From positions 1 through 50,920 of the IMG/VR virus record IMGVR_UViG_3300048578_000034: a stretch of 50,920 bases of DNA; one strand, written 5' to 3'. Under the pieces are notes generated by a model. That model worked only from the letters and a program-made list of their open reading frames with translations, made no database searches and was not told the origin of the DNA. The first letter of the stretch is position 1; the number at the start of each line of letters is the position of its first letter. A program made the translations under genes and the position numbers. This DNA is from a virus. Taxonomy: Duplodnaviria > Caudoviricetes. Below are positions 16,408-24,949 of this stretch, piece after piece.

Positions 16408-17039
16408 TGCCCTCGGCTGATCTCTACGCCCGGGCGATCATCGCGTCGGCGGTCTCTTTTGGTGACTGCCCTGAAAGGGCCATGCTGGTCGCCCGGGGCG
16501 CCGCACGCAGACCAATCGCGCCGGCTATCGCCGCAATTGCCCGGGCTTGCGACATCAGCCTCGCGGAGGCTTGCCGGCCGCTTGATGCCAGCGAGACCGC
16601 CATCCCTCGCGCCCGGAACAACAACCCGGTCGGCTTCGCCCGGGCTCAAGCCGAGGCCGAGGCGGCGATCCGCTACGCCCTGCGGACCAAGGCCCTCGCC
16701 GAGCGCCAGGAAGCCCCGCTAGCGCCTGCCGCGCCCCCTCAGCCTATCCGTGCGCCCCAAGCCGCCCCCGTCGCCCCCGCCGCGCCCCCGAAGACCATCG
16801 CAGAGGTCCGCCGGCGCCAGGAAGCCAGGCCCAAGGGTCGCGCCATCCCCCGGGGCGCCACGCTCCAGAACGTCGGCAACGGCGTCCAGATCATCCGCCT
16901 CAAGCCCATCACGCCGGAACTCCTCGCCCGAGCCCGCCAGCAGATCGCCAAGGGCGTCAGCATCGCGGACTTCGCCGACCTGTTCGACGTGGATGCGGAG
17001 CGGCTGACCGCGGCGCTTGAGGGCGAGGCGGCGGCATGA
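16407..17039 (+). CDS. Hypothetical protein with C-terminal HTH-like domain
   Basis: TGATG-coupled start MPSADLY; Pro/Ala linker. Confidence 0.65.
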   Translation: MPSADLYARAIIASAVSFGDCPERAMLVARGAARRPIAPAIAAIARACDISLAEACRPLDASETAIPRARNNNPVGFARAQAEAEAAIRYALRTKALAERQEAPLAPAAPPQPIRAPQAAPVAPAAPPKTIAEVRRRQEARPKGRAIPRGATLQNVGNGVQIIRLKPITPELLARARQQIAKGVSIADFADLFDVDAERLTAALEGEAAA

Positions 17040-17788
17040 GGCCACTAGCGATCGACCTCTTCTGCGGACTTGGCGGCCGGACCGAGGGCCTGCTCTCAGA
17101 GGGTTACGACGTGATCGGCTTCGACATCGAGGCCCACGCCTACGGCGACGAACGCTTCCCGGCGCAGCTCGTCCTTCAGGACGTGATGACCATCCACGGG
17201 TCGCAGTTCCGTACTGCCGACCTGATCGTCGCCTCGCCGCCCTGCCAGGAGTTCAGCTACATGGCGATGCCGTGGAGCCTGGCGAAGGCCAAGGCGGCGG
17301 CTATCCGTGCCGATGAAACGGGCGAGGCCCTGAAGCGCCTGACTGCCCTGTTCGACGCCTGCTTCCGCATCCAGCGCGAGGCCTGCGAGGCTGCGGGCCG
17401 CCACATTCCGATGGTGGTCGAGAACGTGCGCGGCGCCCAGCCTTGGGTCGGCCGCGCCCCGTGGAACTACGGGTCGTATTATCTCTGGGGAGACATCCCC
17501 GCGCTCATGCCGCCCGTGGTCGACGCCCGCAAGGTTCCTGGGTTTCGGTTCGATGGCTCGGGCAAGTCGTTCCAAACCGCGAGCGTTCATCGGCACCACG
17601 ACAGCGCCGGCCTCAAGCTCGGCGGGTCGTGGTTTCACGGCTATCAGCCTGGCGTCCAAGGCCCGCGCAATCACGGGTCTGGGTCTAGGGCCCGCAAAGC
17701 CGCCAGCGCCAAGATCGCCAAGATCCCGCTGGCGCTGAGCTCTCACATTGCCCGGGTGTACCGGCCTGACCAGAGGGCCGCCGCATGA
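17036..17788 (+). CDS. Short C5-cytosine DNA methyltransferase-like protein
   Basis: DLFCGLGG (I), SPPCQ (IV), ENV (VI); motif VIII not recognisable. Confidence 0.8.
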   Translation: MRPLAIDLFCGLGGRTEGLLSEGYDVIGFDIEAHAYGDERFPAQLVLQDVMTIHGSQFRTADLIVASPPCQEFSYMAMPWSLAKAKAAAIRADETGEALKRLTALFDACFRIQREACEAAGRHIPMVVENVRGAQPWVGRAPWNYGSYYLWGDIPALMPPVVDARKVPGFRFDGSGKSFQTASVHRHHDSAGLKLGGSWFHGYQPGVQGPRNHGSGSRARKAASAKIAKIPLALSSHIARVYRPDQRAAA

Positions 17789-17982
17789 CCGCCCCCGCCC
17801 ACGAAAACGAAGAGATCAAGGCCGCCGCCATTCACCTCGACGCCGCCCGGATGAGGGGATGCGCCGACGCGCTCCTCGACTCCATCGGCCTCGACCGAAC
17901 CCTTGGAGAGATCGAATTGCTGAAACAGCACGTCGTCGAGAGAGCCCATCGGCGCGGGATCGCGAAGGGGTGGAGCCGGTGA
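17785..17982 (+). CDS. Hypothetical protein
   Basis: Overlap-coupled on both sides. Confidence 0.6.
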   Translation: MTAPAHENEEIKAAAIHLDAARMRGCADALLDSIGLDRTLGEIELLKQHVVERAHRRGIAKGWSR

Positions 17983-19595
17983 GCGAGATCACAGTCCACC
18001 ACGGCGATAGCCGCGACGTGCTGAAGGGGCTCGCCGATGCGTCGGTTCACGCCGTCGTCTGCGATCCGCCTTATGCCCTGGTCTCCATAGGCAAGCGGTT
18101 CGGCGCTGATAATGCAGCCGCATCGAAGCCCGGCAAGACTGGCGCCTATGCCCGCGCGTCGGCTGGCTTCATGGGCCAGAAGTGGGACACCGGCGAGACC
18201 GCCTTTGCAGTCGAGTTCTGGGCCGAGGTCTATCGCGTGCTGAAGCCCGGCGGCCATGTCGTCGCGTTCTCAGGGACGCGGACCTATCACCGGCTAGCCT
18301 GCGCCGTCGAAGATGCGGGCTTTGAGATCCGCGACATGGTGGCGTGGCTGTACGGGTCAGGGTTTCCAAAGTCTCACGACGTGAGCAAGGGCATCGACAA
18401 GCGGCGCAACTGGGACGCACTGCCGCGCCTCCAGGGCGCCATTCGAGAAGCCCGTCTGGCGATCGGCATTTCTCAAAGCGAAGCAGCTCGACGCATGGGC
18501 TTGATCGCATCGGACGAGACGCTCGGCGGCGGCGGCTTCATGTGGTTCGAGACTGGGATGCGGGCTCCAACGCGAGAGCAATGGCCCGCGTTGAAGCTGG
18601 CGCTATCGCTCAGCGATGATTTCGACACTTGCTTCGAGGAGGTGGAGCGCGAGATCACCGGCACAGTCGAGGCTTGGACGAACAGATCCAACTACGCCTT
18701 GACGTCGAAAGACGGAATGCGCCGCGATAAGCCAGCTTCCGAGTTGGCTCGGCAATGGGAAGGTTGGGGCACCGCCCTTAAGCCCGCCCTTGAGCCCATC
18801 GTCTTCGCCCGCAAGCCGCTGGACGGCACCGTCGCGGCGAACGTCCTGGCCCATGGCGTTGGGGCTCTTAACATCGACGCCTGCAGGATCGGGACCGGCG
18901 AAGACAAGGGCGTGTGGCCTATCACTCAGCGCCGCCACGATGACGTGGCGTTCACGCCCCCGCCGACGCTGACCGACACAACGAAGGGCCGCTGGCCTGC
19001 CAATGTCATTCATGACGGGTCGCCCGAGGTTGTCGAGGCGTTTCCCGCCAACGCCGGCGCCTTCGCCCCCGTGCGCGGGACTGAGCCGAGCAACGCGATC
19101 ACCAATGTCTATGGCGACCGGACCCGCGTCGCGACGCAGCATCACGGCGACTCCGGTTCGGCCGCCCGATTTTTTTACTCGGCTAAGGCCGACGCAGAGG
19201 ACCGCCTCGGCTCCAAGCATCCGACCGTCAAGCCCATCGACCTCATGGCCTGGCTCTGCCGGCTGGTGACGCCGCCGGGCGGGGTGATCCTTGACCCATT
19301 CGCCGGCACAGGAACCACGGGACTTGCCGCCATGCGCGAGGGCTTCGACTGCATCCTGATCGAACGCGAGGCCCAATACGTCGCCGACATCAACCGGCGG
19401 CTGGCCTGGGCGCGCGGCGAGGGGCGGCTGACCGCACAAGAGACCGGCAAGGCGAAGGCTGAGGCCATCGAAGACCTACCCCTATTCGCCCCCTCCGAAG
19501 GCCTAACCCCCATCGGCCCTGTAGTGGCGAAGGTCGCTGCCCAGGTGCTGGATAAGGCCCTGGAGCGAGACCAGGACCAGGGGGAGGCGGCATGA
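17979..19595 (+). CDS. Amino DNA methyltransferase with internal XRE HTH
   Basis: GTG start after GGAG; CDPPY, YGSGFPKS, HPTVKP, DPFAGTGTTG; IREARLAIGISQSEAARRMG insert. Confidence 0.9.
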   Translation: MSEITVHHGDSRDVLKGLADASVHAVVCDPPYALVSIGKRFGADNAAASKPGKTGAYARASAGFMGQKWDTGETAFAVEFWAEVYRVLKPGGHVVAFSGTRTYHRLACAVEDAGFEIRDMVAWLYGSGFPKSHDVSKGIDKRRNWDALPRLQGAIREARLAIGISQSEAARRMGLIASDETLGGGGFMWFETGMRAPTREQWPALKLALSLSDDFDTCFEEVEREITGTVEAWTNRSNYALTSKDGMRRDKPASELARQWEGWGTALKPALEPIVFARKPLDGTVAANVLAHGVGALNIDACRIGTGEDKGVWPITQRRHDDVAFTPPPTLTDTTKGRWPANVIHDGSPEVVEAFPANAGAFAPVRGTEPSNAITNVYGDRTRVATQHHGDSGSAARFFYSAKADAEDRLGSKHPTVKPIDLMAWLCRLVTPPGGVILDPFAGTGTTGLAAMREGFDCILIEREAQYVADINRRLAWARGEGRLTAQETGKAKAEAIEDLPLFAPSEGLTPIGPVVAKVAAQVLDKALERDQDQGEAA

Positions 19596-22096
19596 ACGCG
19601 CTGACCCTGACGCCGGCCAATGACGCCCCGCCGATCAAGCATATCCCGTGCAACCTGGAGGCCGAACAGTACGTCCTGGGCGCCCTGCTGTACGATAACG
19701 CCGCTTTTGACCGATGCGACGACCTGAAGGCCGACCACTTTTTCGAGCCGTTCCACGCCCGGCTGTTTGCGATCATCGAAAGCGCGATCCGCAGAGGCCA
19801 GCTTGCCGAGCCCATCCTTGTGGCCGATCAGGTAGCGCGCGATCCGGCCTTTGAGGAGCTTGGCGGGCTGCGCTACCTCGCCCTGCTGGTGGAACAGGCC
19901 CCGCCCTCGGCTCATGCCCGCGACTATGCCCGCGCCGTCATCGAAACGGCCAAGCGCCGCGAGCTGATCCGCATTGCGGGCGATCTTGAAGCCCAGGCCA
20001 CAGACCCGGAAATCGACGCATCCGCCGCTGATCTGATCGAAGGGGCAGAGGGCGCGCTCTACAAGCTGGCGGAGAATGGCCGCGGTCAAAGCGCCGGTGT
20101 GGTCTCCTTCGCCGATGCCGTCACAGGCGCGGTCAAGATGGCCGCCGCCGCCTTTGAGCGCGATGGCGGGCTGTCTGGCCTGTCCACCGGCCTGATCGAC
20201 CTGGACCGCAAGCTTGGTGGCCTGCATCCATCGGATCTGGTGATCCTGGCGGCTCGCCCATCCATGGGGAAGGCGCAGGGCCTGGACGATAAGGTCCTGT
20301 TGCGCGACGGGTCGTGGCGGCGCATGGGCGACATTCGCCTGGGCGACCACCTCGCATCTGTTGATGGCGCGCCGTCCCGCGTCGCCGGCATTTTCCCCCA
20401 GGGCGACCGGATGGTCTATCGCGTCACTTTCAGCGACGGGCGAAGCGCCCGTGCGTGCGGCGAACACCTCTGGCTGGTGCGCTCAAGCAAGCTGCCGGGT
20501 GGCGAGTCTGTCCTGTCGACCGAAGACATCCGCGACAAGCTGACCAGAGAGCGGTTCCGGCGCCGCATGAGCGTCCCGATGGTCAGTGGTCACTTTGGCG
20601 AGGACCGGAACCTGCTGATCGAGCCCTGGCTTCTGGGCGCGCTGATCGGCAACGGATGCATGACCGTCTCGCACCTGTCGCTAAGCACGGCGGATGCCGC
20701 GACCCTCTATCGGGTGCAGCAGGCGGTCGGCCATGACAGCGTGATCCCGACGGGGGACGCCGGTTACGACTATCGCCTGAGGGATGCGGGGCTGCGCGAC
20801 GCGCTGCGCCACTACGGCCTGTATGGGTCGGCCTCTGGCGACAAGTTCATCCCCGCCGACTACCTCGCGGCGACCCGTGAAAGCCGCCTGGAGCTCCTGC
20901 GCGGCTTGATTGATACCGACGGCTGGGTCGAAGAGTTCGGCGCGGTGCGTTACTGCACCGTCAGCCCGCGGCTGGCCGATGACGTGGCGTCCCTCGTGCG
21001 ATCCGTCGGCGGCGTTTGCACCATCAGCGTCAAGGCGCCGCACTTCACCCACAAGGGCGAGCGGCGGGAGGGGCAGGCAGCCTATGTCCTGAACATCAGC
21101 CATCCCGAGCGCGCCACGCTGATGAGCCTGAAGCGCAAGCAGCGGCGTTGCGAGCAGCCGATGCGCTTCCGGGCGCCGACTATCATCTCCGTCGAACCGG
21201 AGGGCGTCGAGCCGGTCCAATGCATCCGCGTCACGCATCCCTCGGCCCTCTATGTGACCGACGACTATGTCGTGACCCACAACACCGCCCTAGCCGCAAA
21301 CATCGCATTCAGCACGGCCCGCGCCTACGCCTACGAGACCCGGCCGGACGGAACCAAGCGCACCACGGCCGGCGGTCAGGTGCTGTTCTTCTCCCTGGAG
21401 ATGAGCGCCGAACAACTGGCCATGCGCATCCTCGCTGAGACCTCCGGCGTGTCGGGCGACCGGATCAGGAAGGGCGAGATCGAGGCCCATGAGTTTGGCC
21501 GGGTCAGAGACGCCGCTATCGAGATCCAGGAAGCCCCGCTGCATATCGACGCCACGGGCGGCCTAGCCCTGGCCAAGCTGGTGGCCCGGGCCCGGCGCCA
21601 GAAGCGCATGACCGGCCTCGACTTGATCGTGGTGGACTACCTTCAGCTCGTCACCACGGGCCGCAAGGACGGCAACCGGGTCCAAGAGGTCTCAGAGATC
21701 ACCATGGGGCTTAAGGCCCTGGCCAAAGACCTGGACGTGCCCGTGATCGCCCTTTCGCAGCTCTCCCGCCAGGTTGAGCAGCGCGAGGACAAGCGCCCCC
21801 AACTCTCCGACCTCCGCGAGTCCGGCTCCATCGAACAGGACGCCGATATGGTCCTCTTCCTCTACCGGGAAGAATACTATCGCGAGCGCGCCGAGCCGGA
21901 ACAGAACACCGACGCGCACATCAAATGGTGCGAGCAGATGGACGCCTGCCGAGGCAAGGCCGACGTCATCATCGGCAAACAGCGACATGGCCCCATCGGG
22001 ACCGTGACCCTCGCCTTCAATGGCGAGCTGACCAAGTTCTCAAACCTTGCGCAGGACGGTCGATATCCGGCGCGCAACCCCCATGGAGACGCATGA
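19592..22096 (+). CDS. dnaB: Replicative DnaB helicase containing an intein
   Basis: AARPSMGK/T Walker A, FFSLEM, VVDYLQL, LSQLSR, DLRESGSIEQDAD, KQRHGP. Confidence 0.96.
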   Translation: MNALTLTPANDAPPIKHIPCNLEAEQYVLGALLYDNAAFDRCDDLKADHFFEPFHARLFAIIESAIRRGQLAEPILVADQVARDPAFEELGGLRYLALLVEQAPPSAHARDYARAVIETAKRRELIRIAGDLEAQATDPEIDASAADLIEGAEGALYKLAENGRGQSAGVVSFADAVTGAVKMAAAAFERDGGLSGLSTGLIDLDRKLGGLHPSDLVILAARPSMGKAQGLDDKVLLRDGSWRRMGDIRLGDHLASVDGAPSRVAGIFPQGDRMVYRVTFSDGRSARACGEHLWLVRSSKLPGGESVLSTEDIRDKLTRERFRRRMSVPMVSGHFGEDRNLLIEPWLLGALIGNGCMTVSHLSLSTADAATLYRVQQAVGHDSVIPTGDAGYDYRLRDAGLRDALRHYGLYGSASGDKFIPADYLAATRESRLELLRGLIDTDGWVEEFGAVRYCTVSPRLADDVASLVRSVGGVCTISVKAPHFTHKGERREGQAAYVLNISHPERATLMSLKRKQRRCEQPMRFRAPTIISVEPEGVEPVQCIRVTHPSALYVTDDYVVTHNTALAANIAFSTARAYAYETRPDGTKRTTAGGQVLFFSLEMSAEQLAMRILAETSGVSGDRIRKGEIEAHEFGRVRDAAIEIQEAPLHIDATGGLALAKLVARARRQKRMTGLDLIVVDYLQLVTTGRKDGNRVQEVSEITMGLKALAKDLDVPVIALSQLSRQVEQREDKRPQLSDLRESGSIEQDADMVLFLYREEYYRERAEPEQNTDAHIKWCEQMDACRGKADVIIGKQRHGPIGTVTLAFNGELTKFSNLAQDGRYPARNPHGDA
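20273..21283 (+). mobile_element. 337-aa class 3 intein with LAGLIDADG endonuclease domain
   Basis: Splits Walker A (GK|AQGLD...VVTHN|T); Ala1; HLW, VQCI and THN give the WCT triplet; LLGALIGNG and LRGLIDTDG motifs. Confidence 0.93.
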
Positions 22097-23028
22097 TGGC
22101 CAAGGCAGACACCTGGATGCCCTTCTATGTGGCCGACTATGCTCGCAAGACGTTCCATCTGACCCGCGACCAGCATGGCGGCTATTTCCTGCTGATTATG
22201 GCCGCCTGGGCAGAGGGTGGCCGACTGCCTAACGACCCCGCTGCCCTGGCTGCGATCACCAAAGCCACGCCGGCAGAGTGGCGCAAGCTATCGCCGGTCC
22301 TGTTGCGGTTCTTCCGGGTGGATGGTGACGAGATCGTCCATGACCGCGTTGTTGAGGAGCATGAGCGAGCGCAACGCCTAAGCGATAGCCGGCGCGAGGC
22401 CGGCGCAAAAGGTGGCCGCCCCCGCAAGCAAGACGAAAGCAAGACGAAACCTATAGGTTTTGCAAAAGATAACCAAACCGGGTCGCAAACCGAAACACCT
22501 TCACCTTCACAGGTTACACCTCCTAACGGAGGTATCCCCCCCAACCCCCCCGAGGGGGATTTTCGCGATGGGGCTTTCAGCCTTGCGGTCCAAGCATACC
22601 CGGAAGCCGGACGCCTGACCGTCAGCCTTGAAGCGATGGGCGACGCCTGGGACGACGAGATCGCGGCGGGCGCAACCCCGGCGGCCATCCTCGCGGCGGC
22701 CAAGGCGTTTGCGGCGGGCCAGTACGCCGACGGCGGCGGCAAGGTCCCCAGGTTCGACCGCTGGCTGCGCAAGGGCCTGTGGAAGCTGGTCGCCCCCGTC
22801 ACGCCGGCCGTTTCGCCCCTGGCCTGGCACGGCCCGCCCGACCTCCTCGACGCCCTCCGCGCCGAGATGGGCGCCAGCGCCGACGCTTTCCTTCGCCTGA
22901 CGCGCTGGGACGCTGGACGCCATGCCATCGTCACGACCAGCGGGACCGCAAGCGATCGGCTCAAGCGAGAAGCTGGCCACGTCCTCCGCGCCGCCAAGGT
23001 CGAAATCATCCTGGAGCAAGCCGCATGA
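22093..23028 (+). CDS. DUF1376/YdaU-like replication initiator
   Basis: WMPFYVADY...HLTRDQHGGYFLL, GAKGGRP linker; adjacent to dnaB. Confidence 0.8.
   Translation: MMAKADTWMPFYVADYARKTFHLTRDQHGGYFLLIMAAWAEGGRLPNDPAALAAITKATPAEWRKLSPVLLRFFRVDGDEIVHDRVVEEHERAQRLSDSRREAGAKGGRPRKQDESKTKPIGFAKDNQTGSQTETPSPSQVTPPNGGIPPNPPEGDFRDGAFSLAVQAYPEAGRLTVSLEAMGDAWDDEIAAGATPAAILAAAKAFAAGQYADGGGKVPRFDRWLRKGLWKLVAPVTPAVSPLAWHGPPDLLDALRAEMGASADAFLRLTRWDAGRHAIVTTSGTASDRLKREAGHVLRAAKVEIILEQAA
22426..22500. repeat. Candidate replication origin iterons
   Basis: Tandem AAGCAAGACGA x2 (22426..22447), palindrome AAACCTATAGGTTT (22447..22460), A-rich stretch inside the initiator gene. Confidence 0.5.
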
Positions 23029-23423
23029 GCCGCCTCGCCCTGATCCTCGCCGCCGCCTGCATCTCCGCGCCGGGTCTAGCCCAGGCTGACCCCTGCGAAG
23101 CCCCGCTGCCTCGCAAGGGCGAAGCCTTCGCCGGCCAGGTCCGCTACGTCGGCGACGGGGATTCCCTCTGCGTTGGCCGAAGCCCGGACCCGGCGACATG
23201 GGTTGAGGTCAGGGTGGCGGATTTCTACGCGCCAGAACTGAGCGACCCCGGAGGACGTGAGGCGAAAGCCGCGCTTGAGCGCATAGCCATGGGGCGTCGG
23301 GCCGCGTGCATCGCAGGTCATCGGTCCTGGGATCGGGTGGTTGCGGTTTGCGAGATCGGCGGTCGAAGCGTTGGCGACCTGATGCGCTCGGCTGGGGTTT
23401 CCGAAGGTGGGAGGGGCCGATGA
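23025..23423 (+). CDS. Exported thermonuclease (SNase-like)
   Basis: Signal peptide ending AQA; VGDGDSL, VRV..APE, SWDRVVA. Confidence 0.8.
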   Translation: MSRLALILAAACISAPGLAQADPCEAPLPRKGEAFAGQVRYVGDGDSLCVGRSPDPATWVEVRVADFYAPELSDPGGREAKAALERIAMGRRAACIAGHRSWDRVVAVCEIGGRSVGDLMRSAGVSEGGRGR

Positions 23424-23662
23424 CCCCCGCCCAGCTTGGTGAGCGCCGCCACGAAACCTGCCGGTTCGGTTCGCTTACCCCGGCCTGGATGGTTGGTGCG
23501 GGAGGATTGGAGCGCCCGACTTGCATCCCGCTTTGCGGATGGCGCCCGCCGGAGAACGCCCCGCCTGGACTGGCCAGGGCGTGGGGCGGCACCGTTGAGT
23601 ACGACCGCGATTGCGCCGTCTGCCAGGCCCACCAGCCCGTCGACGCGGAGGTCGCCGCATGA
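23420..23662 (+). CDS. Small Cys-rich hypothetical protein
   Basis: GGAGG RBS, ATGA-coupled. Confidence 0.55.
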   Translation: MTPAQLGERRHETCRFGSLTPAWMVGAGGLERPTCIPLCGWRPPENAPPGLARAWGGTVEYDRDCAVCQAHQPVDAEVAA

Positions 23663-24057
23663 GCCGCTGCGAATACGACCTCGCCACAGAGCGCGAGCTG
23701 ATCATGTGGCCCGGCGTGACCTGGAGGCGGGAGCATCGGGCCAAGCACCTGGCCGTGATCCTGACCTTCCGAGGCCAGGAGCGGATGATGACCTATCCGG
23801 CGTCTGGATCCGATAAGCGCGGCCCGTTGAACCACGTCCGGGACCTCCGCGCCACGCTCCGGGACATGGGGGCCTATCGGGTTGAGCGGTCAAAGGCGAC
23901 AGGCCCGCGGCGCGCCAGGAACCGGACCACGCCGGCCCGACTCCCGCCCATCGAGCGGGCGACCGGAGGGCCAAGGCGCGACCCCTGGGAACCGCTGCGC
24001 CAGGGCGTGACCACAGAGCCGAAACACCAGACAATCCAGGCAGAGGTGAGCCGATGA
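23659..24057 (+). CDS. Hypothetical protein, possible HicA-like fold
   Basis: AKHLAVIL...PASGSDKRGPLN pattern; GGAGG RBS. Confidence 0.55.
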   Translation: MSRCEYDLATERELIMWPGVTWRREHRAKHLAVILTFRGQERMMTYPASGSDKRGPLNHVRDLRATLRDMGAYRVERSKATGPRRARNRTTPARLPPIERATGGPRRDPWEPLRQGVTTEPKHQTIQAEVSR

Positions 24058-24665
24058 CCCGTCGCAAGCACAAGCCCGATGAGCCAAAGCCTTTCGTCGA
24101 AACGGTCGCGCCGCTGTTCTGGCTGATCGTCGAGGTGCGAGGGGGCGGCGAAGCCCAGGCCGTCGAGGCATTCCGGGAAAACCATATCGACGCCTATTGC
24201 CCGATGGAGCGGGTCTGGCGCCCGTCGCGAGAGCCCTACACCAGGGACCGGGAAAAGGCCCTAATCCCCGGCTATGTGTTCGTCGCCGCGCCTGACAGCC
24301 TGGACCTTGCCGCCATCACGGGCGAGGGGGCCGGGGCGATCTGGGGAAAGCTCATGTGGAACGGCCGCCCGGCCATGGTCCATCGCCGCGACCTCGGCGC
24401 CCTGATCTTCCTCGAATACCTCGGCGTCTTCGATCACACGCTGGAGCAGCGCCGGCGCAAAAGCCGGAAGTTCAAGAAGGACGAGCGGGTCAGGATCACG
24501 GCTGGCCACCTTGCCGGGGCTGAGGCGGTCATCACCCAGACCCCCGAGAAGGAGCGCGTTTGGCTGCTGGTGGATTTTGGCCGCGGCGGCTCCAAGCGCG
24601 TCGAGAAGTCGCTTTCAGAGCTGGAGCATGTCGAGCCCGAGGACGCAGAGCCTGTGGCCGCTTAG
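24054..24665 (+). CDS. NusG-family antiterminator
   Basis: NGN domain (AYCP, LIPGYVFV) and KOW (VRITAGHLAG); last gene before the late region. Confidence 0.88.
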   Translation: MTRRKHKPDEPKPFVETVAPLFWLIVEVRGGGEAQAVEAFRENHIDAYCPMERVWRPSREPYTRDREKALIPGYVFVAAPDSLDLAAITGEGAGAIWGKLMWNGRPAMVHRRDLGALIFLEYLGVFDHTLEQRRRKSRKFKKDERVRITAGHLAGAEAVITQTPEKERVWLLVDFGRGGSKRVEKSLSELEHVEPEDAEPVAA

Positions 24666-24705
24666 CACCATATCTCGCGGTTCACGCTACCTTGACCGAC
24701 TAGGG

Positions 24706-24734
24706 CTTGATAATCGGCTGAAGCGGCGCTAGAG
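24706..24734 (+). promoter_or_regulatory. Putative late promoter
   Basis: CTTGAT-N17-CTAGAG resembles alphaproteobacterial sigma70 promoters; follows the NusG-like gene. Confidence 0.5.
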
Positions 24735-24949
24735 GTGTTCGGACTTTAGCTGGTGTGATGCGGGTTGGAACGCCGCCGGCGGCCTGGTCGAGGGGAAACC
24801 CACTTCGGCCGATAGGAAAGTTGCGCCCAAAATCTGAGCCCGCTGCCAAGGGCTGAGCGCGAACACAGCTTCACAGCGCCCGGTGTTCGCTTACCCCGAA
24901 CCCTGGACGCGTTCCCGGCTTGGCAGGCCGGGCGCTGTGGAGTCCCAAA

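Noticed and set aside
19581-19595. GGGGAGGCGGCATGA repeated at 31321 with variants elsewhere
   Set aside because: Explained by RBS plus ATGA translational coupling, which gives many genes an EAA ending
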